From assembly GCA_029856145.1 (NCBI GenBank), contig JAHQWK010000008.1:32001-96000 (forward strand): DNA of 64,000 nt, written 5' to 3'. This document shows positions 39,152 through 48,274 of this stretch, piece by piece. The stretch comes from Promethearchaeia archaeon (GTDB lineage: Archaea; Asgardarchaeota; Lokiarchaeia; Sigyniarchaeales; SOKP01). A program made the position numbers and the translations under genes. The notes under the pieces are model-generated. The model worked only from the letters and a program-made list of their open reading frames with translations, was not told where the DNA came from and did not search any database. How positions within the stretch are numbered: the first letter of the stretch is position 1; each line of letters starts with the position of its first letter.

Positions 39152-40456
39152 TTATCCTCCTTTAATTACTTCCGCTGCTTTTGCTGCTGCCCCACTTGCC
39201 TCAGCAACAGAACGAGGTATATCCATTGGTTCACGAGCACAACCACATGTGAAAATACCTTCTACACTCGTTTCTACCGGAAAAAATGGATCAGTTTTTA
39301 TAAAATTATATTTATTTAATTCAATTCCTAACACATCTGCTAATTTATCAATCCCCTCTGATGGGATAATACACGTTGCTAAAACAGCTAAATCTACTTT
39401 AATCTGTTTTATTTCTGATGTATCAAGATCTTCATAAGTGATAATAGGACTTTCATCCTCATCTATATCAATATGTGAAACTTTACTTTTAATATATTTA
39501 ATATTATATTCATCCTCTCCTCTATGGAGAAAAGATTGAAATCCTTTCCCTCCCGCTCTCATATCAATATAAAAAGCATATGATTCTAAATCATTATTAT
39601 GTTCATATGCTATCATTGCTGCTTTTGTACAATACATGCAACATATAGAAGAACAGTACTTTTGATCTCTATCTGAACGTGAACCTATGCATTGTAGAAA
39701 AGCAATTTTTTTAGGGTCCTCCCCATCAGATAACCTTCTCAAATGCCCATCAAGTGGACCAGAAGCACAAATTAACCGTTCAAATTCTAAGGAAGTCACT
39801 ACATTTCTATATTTCTTATAACCATATTTTGTTAGAGGATTGACATCTTCCATCAAACCATATCCTGGTGCAACAATTATACAACCAACATTTTCAAATT
39901 CTAAAATTTCATCTTTTTGTGTAAGATCAATTGCTTCTGCACCGCAATTCGTAGCACATAGCCCACAAATTCCATAATTTAGATATACACATGAATTTTT
40001 ATCAACAATATAAACAGGAGGAACTGCTGCAGGGAAGGGGATATATACAGCTGCCATATTTTTCAAATTAGCATCAAAATAATTTGGAACGCCTCGTACA
40101 GGGCAAATTGTAGCACAATCTCCACAATTTGTACAAACATCCTCCTTTACATAACGGGCACGTTTAAGAACTTCTACTGTGAAATCCCCACTTATACCCT
40201 CTATCTTTTGTACTTCTGAAAGAGTATAAAGACTAATATTTGGATGCCTATAACATTCTGATAATTTTGGTGCCAAAATACAAATTGAACAGTCTAAGGT
40301 GGGAAATGTCTTATCTAATTGTGCCATTTTTCCTCCAATAACAGGACTTTTTTCTATTAAATGGACTTTTATTCCCATATCTCCCAAATCCAAAGCTGCT
40401 TGAATACCTGCAATACCTGCTCCAATAATAAGAGCACTTTTAGAATTATCTACCAT
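39152..40456 (-). CDS. hdrA: HdrA-like protein equivalent to the N-terminal half of the 1004-aa HdrA
   Basis: GAGIAG, QLDKTFPTLDC, inserted ferredoxin, EFERLICASGP, QCIGSR..CSSICCMY, PMDIPRSV. Confidence 0.92.
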   Translation of the reverse strand: MVDNSKSALIIGAGIAGIQAALDLGDMGIKVHLIEKSPVIGGKMAQLDKTFPTLDCSICILAPKLSECYRHPNISLYTLSEVQKIEGISGDFTVEVLKRARYVKEDVCTNCGDCATICPVRGVPNYFDANLKNMAAVYIPFPAAVPPVYIVDKNSCVYLNYGICGLCATNCGAEAIDLTQKDEILEFENVGCIIVAPGYGLMEDVNPLTKYGYKKYRNVVTSLEFERLICASGPLDGHLRRLSDGEDPKKIAFLQCIGSRSDRDQKYCSSICCMYCTKAAMIAYEHNNDLESYAFYIDMRAGGKGFQSFLHRGEDEYNIKYIKSKVSHIDIDEDESPIITYEDLDTSEIKQIKVDLAVLATCIIPSEGIDKLADVLGIELNKYNFIKTDPFFPVETSVEGIFTCGCAREPMDIPRSVAEASGAAAKAAEVIKGG

Positions 40457-40473
40457 TCAAACCACTATTTTAT

Positions 40474-41568
40474 TTATTTCTTCACTTTTAGTGAAGTCAT
40501 TTTTTTTAACCAATTAATTTTTTTAGGTTGCCATTCGGAAATCTGATCTGCTGGAATAATATATCTTTCAATATACCCTGTTGCGAGTAAAGAATCTATT
40601 AAACTATGCCCCTTTTCATTTCGAGTAAGAATCATTGAATAACCAGTAGGAGCTCCAGATGCTCCAATACTAAGATCTGAAAATCTACCTACAAATTCAT
40701 CACATTCGTGGCAATGATTTCTAACTGCTTCATCAAGATCTTTAATACTAACTTCTTTTACCGTGTCCTCTTTTGACGTGACAAAGAAATTCTTCTTAAT
40801 ATTTGTTTTCTTAATATTTGAAGGGTTTATTTGTGTTTTAGACTTTAAAATTTCTATCAATTTATTATAATCAAAATTTTCAAAACAAAATAGGCCAATT
40901 ATTACACTTATAACATGGGCAGGTTTAATATGTAAAAGTTTCATCTTACTAATTGCCCTACATTGGCACGGGGTCCCAACAAATGCAATACGTAATTGAT
41001 CGCTATCATAAATTCTTTTCTTGTGAGAAATTATTTCTTCTGCAACTTGAGTTAAATCTTTTAAAGGCAAGATATTGGATGATATTGAATACCGTGTACC
41101 TGCGGATTTTGCTAATTCATCTTTACTATATATTATTTTAGGTATTGGTTTAAAATTATCGTCATATTCAGATACAATTGCCGCGTCTATATTATTAGTA
41201 TCAAACAAATACGTTAAAATAGTCGAGACAATACCCCCATCTTGTCCAACTTCTTGTATTTTTGCATTTGTTGTTTTCGCAGCAAAAATATCAATAATAT
41301 TCCCAAGTTCATCTTTAACGAGATGAGCTTCTTTTAATCTGTCTAATAAGGGTTCAGTTTGAGGACAAATATAATAACAATATCCACATTCTTTACAATT
41401 CTCAACACTTTTATCGGATTTAAACTTTGGAGTATAATTATCCATCTCGATAACATTAAATGCTTGATTTTCACAATATGCAATACAAGCGCCGCAAGCA
41501 CAACATCTATTAACTGAGATTACATCTTTCTGTAGATTTTCAAATGTTTTTATATCTGCTAATCCCAT
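40474..41568 (-). CDS. Second FrhB/FdhB-family F420-interacting subunit
   Basis: CCACGACIAYC, CKECGYCYYICP, GQDGGIVS, FVGTPCQ, IGLFC, CHECDEF, SDLSIG. Confidence 0.9.
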   Translation of the reverse strand: MGLADIKTFENLQKDVISVNRCCACGACIAYCENQAFNVIEMDNYTPKFKSDKSVENCKECGYCYYICPQTEPLLDRLKEAHLVKDELGNIIDIFAAKTTNAKIQEVGQDGGIVSTILTYLFDTNNIDAAIVSEYDDNFKPIPKIIYSKDELAKSAGTRYSISSNILPLKDLTQVAEEIISHKKRIYDSDQLRIAFVGTPCQCRAISKMKLLHIKPAHVISVIIGLFCFENFDYNKLIEILKSKTQINPSNIKKTNIKKNFFVTSKEDTVKEVSIKDLDEAVRNHCHECDEFVGRFSDLSIGASGAPTGYSMILTRNEKGHSLIDSLLATGYIERYIIPADQISEWQPKKINWLKKMTSLKVKK

Positions 41569-41624
41569 TTTTTACCAAATCTTTTTTTTAAGTTTAATAA
41601 TTAATTGTATATTTTATTGAAATT

Positions 41625-42488
41625 TTAAAATCCTTCTAATAATTTTGTAGCTCGAACTCGATGAAAATTCAATCCTAATTCTTCAGGTTTAAACCCAAAT
41701 GCGAGTGCTATTAATTCTGAGAGATAAAAAACTGGGAAATTATAACCATTTTCTTTTCCTTTACTCAGTTCTCGTTGATTGAAATCAAATTGTTGAAAGC
41801 ATGCAGGGCATACTAAGGTAATACAATTCGCTCCAGATTCTTGAATTGATTTGAATTTATTATCAATCATTTGAAGAGAAATTTCTTTATCTGATTTATC
41901 AAGAGGATTTCCACAACATTCCATCTTCAACTCATACTCTATAGAGTCTGCTCCTATTGCTTTAACTATTTCATCAATAGTTACTGGATTAAAAGGATCA
42001 TCCCAATTAATAATCTCAGAAGGTCTTAAATAATGACATCCATAATGAACCGCTACTTTAAATCCATTTAAAGGATGAACCACATTCTCTCTCACTTTAT
42101 CAAGATTTTCATAAAGAACCTGAGCAAAATGTTTTACTTCTGTGTTTCCGTCATATTTTTTTCCTACTTTTTTTAAAACTTTATTTACTTCATCCTTTAC
42201 ATCTGGATCTTTTCTAATAAAATGATTCACTCCTTTTAGTGTTTCGACACAACCAGAACAAAAAGATATAATTCCACCATTATCATTTGATAAGCTTAAA
42301 TTTCTTGCTCCTAAAGCTAACCAAGTTTTATGATCTATAAGCTCTATTCCTGTAGGATCAGGACAACAACTAAATCCATCAACATCATTCAATTTAATAT
42401 CAAGCTTTTCAAATACCTTTCTTGATGATGCTTCTAAGAACGGAAGCCTAGCTGGGATTACACACCCTAAAAATAAATCATAAGACAT
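41625..42488 (-). CDS. hdrB: Heterodisulfide reductase subunit B
   Basis: Two CCG-type domains: FLGC, SCCP, CSGC, VHYGCHYLRP, ECCG, VCPACFQQFD. Confidence 0.95.
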   Translation of the reverse strand: MSYDLFLGCVIPARLPFLEASSRKVFEKLDIKLNDVDGFSCCPDPTGIELIDHKTWLALGARNLSLSNDNGGIISFCSGCVETLKGVNHFIRKDPDVKDEVNKVLKKVGKKYDGNTEVKHFAQVLYENLDKVRENVVHPLNGFKVAVHYGCHYLRPSEIINWDDPFNPVTIDEIVKAIGADSIEYELKMECCGNPLDKSDKEISLQMIDNKFKSIQESGANCITLVCPACFQQFDFNQRELSKGKENGYNFPVFYLSELIALAFGFKPEELGLNFHRVRATKLLEGF

Positions 42489-42491
42489 ACT

Positions 42492-42989
42492 TTATGCCTC
42501 CTCCTTTGGAATGTTGCTTTCAAAATTAGTTTCCTTTAAAATTTTCTTTATTTCATCAACCGGTGCTGTTTTTATCGATGGAAGTCCTAATTTCTCTCGT
42601 CTGGCTATAATGGCTTTTGAATATGGAAGTGCAACTCCATTCTCTAAAACAGCCCTCCCCTGTGAAATAAAAGCTTCAGGAACATTGCCAGTAAGAAAAC
42701 ACTTATTTTTTATCAATGTAAAAATTTCGGTAATCTCAACCTTTTGAGGACATAGCTCAACACAAGTCTGACAAGTGGAACAAAGCCAAGGATTAGGATC
42801 TTGCTTTTCTATCAACTTATCTTTTAAACCCAAAATTGCTTCTTCAATAATTTTTCTAGGATTATAACTTCCTTGAGTTATCAGAGCAACAGGGCACCCA
42901 CCACTACAAGTACTACACTGATAGCAGTAGCTTAAAGAAGCATTATGTTTTAATACTTCATTTCGAAACTCAAAATTTATTACAGACAT
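42492..42989 (-). CDS. hdrC: Heterodisulfide reductase subunit C
   Basis: CYQCSTCSGGCP and WLCSTCQTCVELCPQ; directly upstream of hdrB. Confidence 0.95.
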   Translation of the reverse strand: MSVINFEFRNEVLKHNASLSYCYQCSTCSGGCPVALITQGSYNPRKIIEEAILGLKDKLIEKQDPNPWLCSTCQTCVELCPQKVEITEIFTLIKNKCFLTGNVPEAFISQGRAVLENGVALPYSKAIIARREKLGLPSIKTAPVDEIKKILKETNFESNIPKEEA

Positions 42990-43566
42990 GTCTAAAAGTT
43001 TTATTATCCATCTACTAGATGATTAGAAAAATAATAGAGATTTAATAAATTTTTTAGAAAATTTCAATAACCAAATGCTTTAAATTTGTTATATATTATC
43101 AAAATTATAAAATTGGCGGTGCATTTTGACCACCTAATTCCCCTTATTGTGTATTTCTTCTAATCTTAGTAATTTTTTATAGGTAATTTTTTGGAACATT
43201 GAATAAAAGATAGATTTAGTGATCGAGAGCGATCAAAAACCCCCAAAATTGTTTAATTCTTTTAGTCATTTTTTTAACGATCGATTATAAAAATAATTCT
43301 GATCTATTTCAGTAATTTGGATTATTATTTTTGGATAAAAATATCTTTTTGCACTATGGATGGTCAATATTGATCGCATGGATCGAATAATGTTCATCAC
43401 ATGATCTATTTTTTCATAAATCGCTGTTTTCGAAACATAAAATGTCGAAAAGCGGTAATATTTAAATATGAAAAGTGATAATAGTATTTTAGTGATAAAT
43501 AATAATTAATAATATCAGAAGTTTTATAAAAAATTAATATACAATTTATAAGAAGTGATAAAAAAA

Positions 43567-43824
43567 ATGTGTAATAGTTGTAATTGCGACGCATATGACC
43601 AATGCTCGATAGTTGGTTACATGCCTGTTGGATTCTGTTGTACTAAATGTTATCTTTATAACGAGATGCACACGTGTTTAAAATCCACTGTGAAGGAGAA
43701 AGTGTCTAAGATTGAACCTGTGAGTGCTACGATTGAAGATGGTGTTTTAAAAGTCGTAGTTAGGAAAGATGAAAAAGAAGTTCCATTAGTGATTGACTTA
43801 GATAAACAGTTTGGCTCTGAATAG
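43567..43824 (+). CDS. Small Cys-rich protein with alpha-crystallin-like C-terminal strands
   Basis: MCNSCNCDAYDQC...FCCTKC...HTC, then VSATIEDGVLKVVVRK; ATG 43567 preferred over GTG 43555. Confidence 0.7.
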   Translation: MCNSCNCDAYDQCSIVGYMPVGFCCTKCYLYNEMHTCLKSTVKEKVSKIEPVSATIEDGVLKVVVRKDEKEVPLVIDLDKQFGSE

Positions 43825-43870
43825 AATTTTCTAAATTTATTTTATTTTTCATCGAAGTCTAGGCATTACG

Positions 43871-43933
43871 AGAAAAAGTAAAAGGGTCAGTTCCCCAGCA
43901 AGTCCTTGAATAAAACGAGCGGGTGAGGTGAGT
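43871..43933 (+). repeat. Structured dispersed repeat, right-truncated copy
   Basis: agaaaaagtaaaagggtcagttccccagcaagtccttgaataaaacgagcgggtgaggtgagt; ends 5 bp from the ferredoxin stop. Confidence 0.9.
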
Positions 43934-43938
43934 TTCTC

Positions 43939-44160
43939 TTATTCCCATGCGGAATGATCTAAAATTGCGTTTGTTGGACACACATCTTGACACGCCATAC
44001 AATCAGTACACTCTCCAATATTCTCTGCTATGATTTTTCCATTAACTAATTTATAAACTTCTACAGGACACGCAATGATACAGTCCTCTGCACCAATGCA
44101 TCTGTCCAAGTCAATTTCAACCCAATGATCTTGATCTTCCCATTTTTTAATATTTACCAT
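43939..44160 (-). CDS. 2x[4Fe-4S] ferredoxin
   Basis: CIGAEDCIIACP (one Cys replaced) and CTDCMACQDVCP. Confidence 0.92.
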   Translation of the reverse strand: MVNIKKWEDQDHWVEIDLDRCIGAEDCIIACPVEVYKLVNGKIIAENIGECTDCMACQDVCPTNAILDHSAWE

Positions 44161-44293
44161 TTTTAGAATTCTCTTAGAATATTTAAGTTAAAATCAATTC
44201 ATTTTCTCTTTTTCTTCTTAAGGGTTGTTAAAATCTATTTAAATTTATAATTTATTCTTATTTTTCTAAAGCTTCTTTATTACCGTCGGAAAT

Positions 44294-45343
44294 CTAGTAT
44301 AAACGTAGAAAATTGAGAAATACTAATAAAAATCCTAATATAATGGTTAGTAAAAACAAATAAAAAGAATATACATTCCATTTATAGTGCCAAGTTCTTT
44401 TTTTGAGATCCCTCTTTCTTGATTTTTTGAAGCCAGTAATAGCTCCGGGTATGACAAGAATGATAGAAATTAAAGCTATTATACCATGAATAGTATAAAG
44501 TATGGCTCCTCTGTTTAAGAAGGTAGAGATAATCCAATATAAGAAAACACTTAAAGAAGTGAGAAAATAGCCAATACCAACGGTAATATGGAATTTCCTA
44601 TTTACAAATTTAGGAAGATCGTGAAAAAATTCAGTTACTGGAGACCTTTTTAATCCTGTCATAATAGCAACCCCTCCGAAAAGTAAAGAAATCGACAATA
44701 ACACAGCATGCCAAATCCAATCTGAGAAAGGTGTAATTGAAGCATCATCACTCCATCCTCGACTTTCCCAAAAACCTATATAATCATAATTTACAATCTC
44801 CATCCTAACGACCCATTTCACCCATTTATACCCTAGATGGTTTGGAGCAACAACTCTAACAGGAAATCCTTGTTCGACGGGAAGAACTTCACCATTCATT
44901 TCATATGCTAAAAGAACATTAGCCATACGTGCTTCTTCAATTGTCAAAGAGGAAGAATAATTATCTGCAGCATAAAAAACAACATCTATGGCCCCAGGTT
45001 TTACTTCCGCTAAATCTAGTAAATCCTTAACGGGAATTCCCTTCCATATTGCTGTAGCATATGGTCCATCAACACATTTTAGTGTAGCTAAAACCTCTTG
45101 TGAAGGTTGAGAAGTAAAGTTGGAATACGTAAAAGTCAAATTATTGTTGATATGTCCATTAATCGTTAATGTCCAATTATTTATCTCAATATGGGGAATT
45201 TCCCCCTTGCTTACTACAAAAAATTGATCATTAGGAGTAATAATAGCTCTACTAATTACGACTCCAGTCAATCCAATTAACGGAAGACATAACAAAATAA
45301 GAATTCCAATGTATTTTAAAAATATCTTTCTTTTTCTGTTCAT
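44294..45343 (-). CDS. Sulfite-oxidase-family molybdopterin oxidoreductase fused to a 4-TM His-containing membrane domain
   Basis: TPNDQFF, LKCVDG (Mo-ligand Cys), WKGIPV, LAYEMNGEVLPVEQGFPVR, GYKWVKWV, GFWESRGW; N-terminal anchor; four C-terminal helices each with a His. Confidence 0.88.
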   Translation of the reverse strand: MNRKRKIFLKYIGILILLCLPLIGLTGVVISRAIITPNDQFFVVSKGEIPHIEINNWTLTINGHINNNLTFTYSNFTSQPSQEVLATLKCVDGPYATAIWKGIPVKDLLDLAEVKPGAIDVVFYAADNYSSSLTIEEARMANVLLAYEMNGEVLPVEQGFPVRVVAPNHLGYKWVKWVVRMEIVNYDYIGFWESRGWSDDASITPFSDWIWHAVLLSISLLFGGVAIMTGLKRSPVTEFFHDLPKFVNRKFHITVGIGYFLTSLSVFLYWIISTFLNRGAILYTIHGIIALISIILVIPGAITGFKKSRKRDLKKRTWHYKWNVYSFYLFLLTIILGFLLVFLNFLRLY

Positions 45344-45502
45344 AGAATATTCTTCAAATCTGAAATATATAATATTTTATAAGAGAATTAAAGAGTTATG
45401 ATAATCGCTTACAATTAAATCAATTAAGATTCCCTAATTTTAAAATTTCCTTGCTATAAATTATAAGATTCATATTTAAAATTATGTATTTTAAAAAAAA
45501 TG

Positions 45503-45515
45503 AAAAGGGTCAGTT
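45503..45515 (+). repeat. Left-end remnant of the structured repeat
   Basis: aaaagggtcagtt, a 13-bp exact match to the repeat's left end, in an intergenic gap. Confidence 0.6.
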
Positions 45516-45604
45516 AATGCGGTTTTTTTTAGTAAATAAGGAAGATCTATAGTGAATTTTATTAAAATTAATACAATTAGATAATGAATAAAAATTAAAA
45601 AAAA

Positions 45605-47335
45605 TTATTTATATTTCTTATAAAATACGAGTCCTATTACTGCTATGGCTAGATATATTAGGTAATAATTACCGAAAGGAATTATATTCGGTTCTTCTTT
45701 AGCAATTCCAACTATTGCGAAAATACCCAAGTGATCTACACTGATTAGAACTTTTCCATCTCCAAGATCTATAAAATCTATTTTTTCCCACACTAAAGTA
45801 TCCATACTGAACCACCAAACTTCTATAGCCTTATATTTATTTACGTCGAAGTCAATGGTGATAGTTACAGGACCTTCCAAATTACTGGATTTGTTTATTA
45901 ATAAGTCAATGTACAGCAGACCATTTTTAAGGGATGCATATGTTGGATTATCAACCAACCCAGCAAAGAGTAAATGGGTAGCTTCAGAAACTGAAATCTC
46001 TACATTGATATCAAACTCTGTTGTACCATATGGGATGATGTTGAAATTATACCTTCCCTCGATTATTGTTGAATTTTTATAATATAAGAACCCCTGGTCA
46101 AAATTTGTTAAAGAAATACTATTATTCATGTATTTTATAATTCCATTTGGGAAATATTCTAAGTAATACACAATTTCTTGAGTTGATTTACGGATAATTT
46201 TTATCCAGTATTCACCATAAATTATCCTGTATTCTAAATCAAAATCCGGATCATACATTCTTATATTATCAAGCAGGTGATATAGATCAATACCCTTAGT
46301 TCCTTTTGGAACTAACAATGGCTGTCCACTCATGAAATATTCACCCGTCCTCATCAATAAATCTTCATTGGCAACAGCAATGGTAATATTTGAAGAGTCT
46401 AAAATCCAAGTTTCTGTTGGCCAATTCCATATAAAAATGTCTGCTCTGACTTCTTGAAATCCAGTTAATCCAAAATATGAGGATTTTGTAGAATTGATAA
46501 AGTCTATGATTTCTATTTTGTATTCCATTTTAAATAGGGATTTTCCCCCTGTATAAAAGATATCTCCAATATCTACGGCCCATTCAATGTCATCAAGAGG
46601 ATTAAAATCAAATATCCTAGTGAAATTAAGAGTAATACTATATGGAACCGTTCCTTGAATAGTAGTGTAAATTTCCCCAGTTTTTAATGTACCATTATTA
46701 TAATATTCTAATTTTACATATTCCCCGGATCCTGTACTGTTTTCAAGTAATATCGTATTAGGATCTGGAAATGATATGATTGGGGTTATATCGCCTCCTA
46801 AAAACATTATACAATCATCCTTCATTCTTTCAGCACACCATTGTATCATTAAACCATTGGTTCCATTTATTGGAATAAAAGGAGATGGGATTAGAGACAT
46901 GTAGGGATCAAATCCCAAGAAATCACCAACTCCCCCGTATGTAAAATTGACTAAAGAACAATTTACTATACCATAAGGCATTTCTTCTAATGAGTTGGTA
47001 GTTGTATTAAAAAATAAGTTTTTTAATTGGATTCCATAATAGTCGACACCAGTTCCTTTATAATTATTGAAATAAGTAATATCTGAGATATTATAGATAA
47101 CTCTAAATGGTCCAAAGAGAAGTTCAGTGCCATTATAATATCTAAGTTCCCAACCAACAACCGTACCCTCATCAAAATCCCAATAAATATTATCATTTGG
47201 AGGATCCAGAGGGGGATCGAAAGGTGTCGAAGCTACAGTATTTCTGATATTCAAATTTATCATTGAGAACAACAATATTAATGTAAATATTACTGACAAT
47301 ATTAAAACTCTATTTTTAACCATTTTGGATTTCAC
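45605..47335 (-). CDS. Secreted cell-surface glycoprotein with Loki-CTERM-like C-terminal anchor
   Basis: Signal peptide, many NxS/T sites, VDHLGIFAIVG, then IPFGNY-hydrophobic helix-KKYK. Confidence 0.85.
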   Translation of the reverse strand: MKSKMVKNRVLILSVIFTLILLFSMINLNIRNTVASTPFDPPLDPPNDNIYWDFDEGTVVGWELRYYNGTELLFGPFRVIYNISDITYFNNYKGTGVDYYGIQLKNLFFNTTTNSLEEMPYGIVNCSLVNFTYGGVGDFLGFDPYMSLIPSPFIPINGTNGLMIQWCAERMKDDCIMFLGGDITPIISFPDPNTILLENSTGSGEYVKLEYYNNGTLKTGEIYTTIQGTVPYSITLNFTRIFDFNPLDDIEWAVDIGDIFYTGGKSLFKMEYKIEIIDFINSTKSSYFGLTGFQEVRADIFIWNWPTETWILDSSNITIAVANEDLLMRTGEYFMSGQPLLVPKGTKGIDLYHLLDNIRMYDPDFDLEYRIIYGEYWIKIIRKSTQEIVYYLEYFPNGIIKYMNNSISLTNFDQGFLYYKNSTIIEGRYNFNIIPYGTTEFDINVEISVSEATHLLFAGLVDNPTYASLKNGLLYIDLLINKSSNLEGPVTITIDFDVNKYKAIEVWWFSMDTLVWEKIDFIDLGDGKVLISVDHLGIFAIVGIAKEEPNIIPFGNYYLIYLAIAVIGLVFYKKYK

Positions 47336-47500
47336 TAAATTTATTTATAAGGTATTAGGAATAATAGAATATTTAAATGTTTCTCACACCCCGAATTAAA
47401 TTGAATTTTTCATATTCCAGTAAGAAAACTGATTTCTGTTAAATTTGCTTAATTGGTACATTTTATAGTCTGAAAATTAGATTTAAATTTAACTGTTCCA

Positions 47501-47521
47501 GAAAAAGTAAAAGAGTCAGTT
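47501..47521 (+). repeat. Left-end remnant of the structured repeat
   Basis: gaaaaagtaaaagagtcagtt matches gaaaaagtaaaagggtcagtt (43872) at 20 of 21 positions. Confidence 0.75.
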
Positions 47522-47735
47522 TATTATTTACAACAAATATTTATAGTTCGATATAAAAGGTCATCTTATTAATTTTGATGATCATAAAAAAAAAAAATAA
47601 AAAAAAATTGTATCTAATAATATATTTTACCAACAAACGCTCTTTTAGCGTCAAACTGGGCCTTAACATTTTTGTAATATTCATAACCATTTTCCATTTT
47701 TTTTTCCACCATTTTTTTTGTTTAATTTTTTTTTG

Positions 47736-47891
47736 AGTGTGTATAATTTTTTATTCTCTGATCATAAAGTGTGTATTATCATATTTAAATGTTGTGGATC
47801 GAAGTGTGTATTACAAATCACAGAAAATGTGAATATTGTGAAAAGCAATGTTTTAATTATGTTCTATTATCTTTTTTAAAAGTGTGTATTA
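47736..47891 (+). repeat. Direct repeats AAGTGTGTATTA (3 exact + 1 partial)
   Basis: Exact copies at 47767, 47802 and 47880; AGTGTGTAT at 47736. Confidence 0.8.
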
Positions 47892-48098
47892 TAAAAATGA
47901 ATTACACAAAAAAATTCTTAAAAAGTCTAATAATTGCTGATTTGATTCTTTGTTTCTTTAAAAACACTCAATATTATTTTTGATAAATTGACCTATTTAG
48001 GCATTTCTTATGAAATATAAAATTGCAGAAGAAGATCGAGAGAAAAAAAATAGAAAAGAGTCTATAAAAAAGACAATAAAACATTTGGTAGTTCAATA

Positions 48099-48200
48099 TA
48101 AAGGGTCAGTTCCCCGACAAGTCCTTTAATAGAATGAGTGGGTGAGGTGAGTATTCAAAGGAATAAATCAGGGAACTGGTGGTATAATTGTGTGTTCAGT
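48099..48200 (+). repeat. Structured dispersed repeat, full copy
   Basis: aagggtcagttcccc...gggaactggtggtataattgtgtgttcag; arms CAGTTCCC/GGGAACTG. Confidence 0.95.
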
Positions 48201-48274
48201 TCAGTAAATAAGGAAAATATTGATATTTTCTTTGAATTATTGACTTTAAGAAATTAAGATTGAGAGAAGAAGCT

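Noticed and set aside
33208-40456. Selenoprotein HdrA/MvhD with SECIS (known in Lokiarchaeia)
   Set aside because: All ORFs are continuous with Cys at the relevant motifs and no in-frame TGA; the hairpin repeat is not downstream of these genes.
47410-47510. ORB-like TTCCAG...AAA motifs suggesting oriC
   Set aside because: Poor match to the ORB consensus, no G-string, no cdc6/orc1 nearby.
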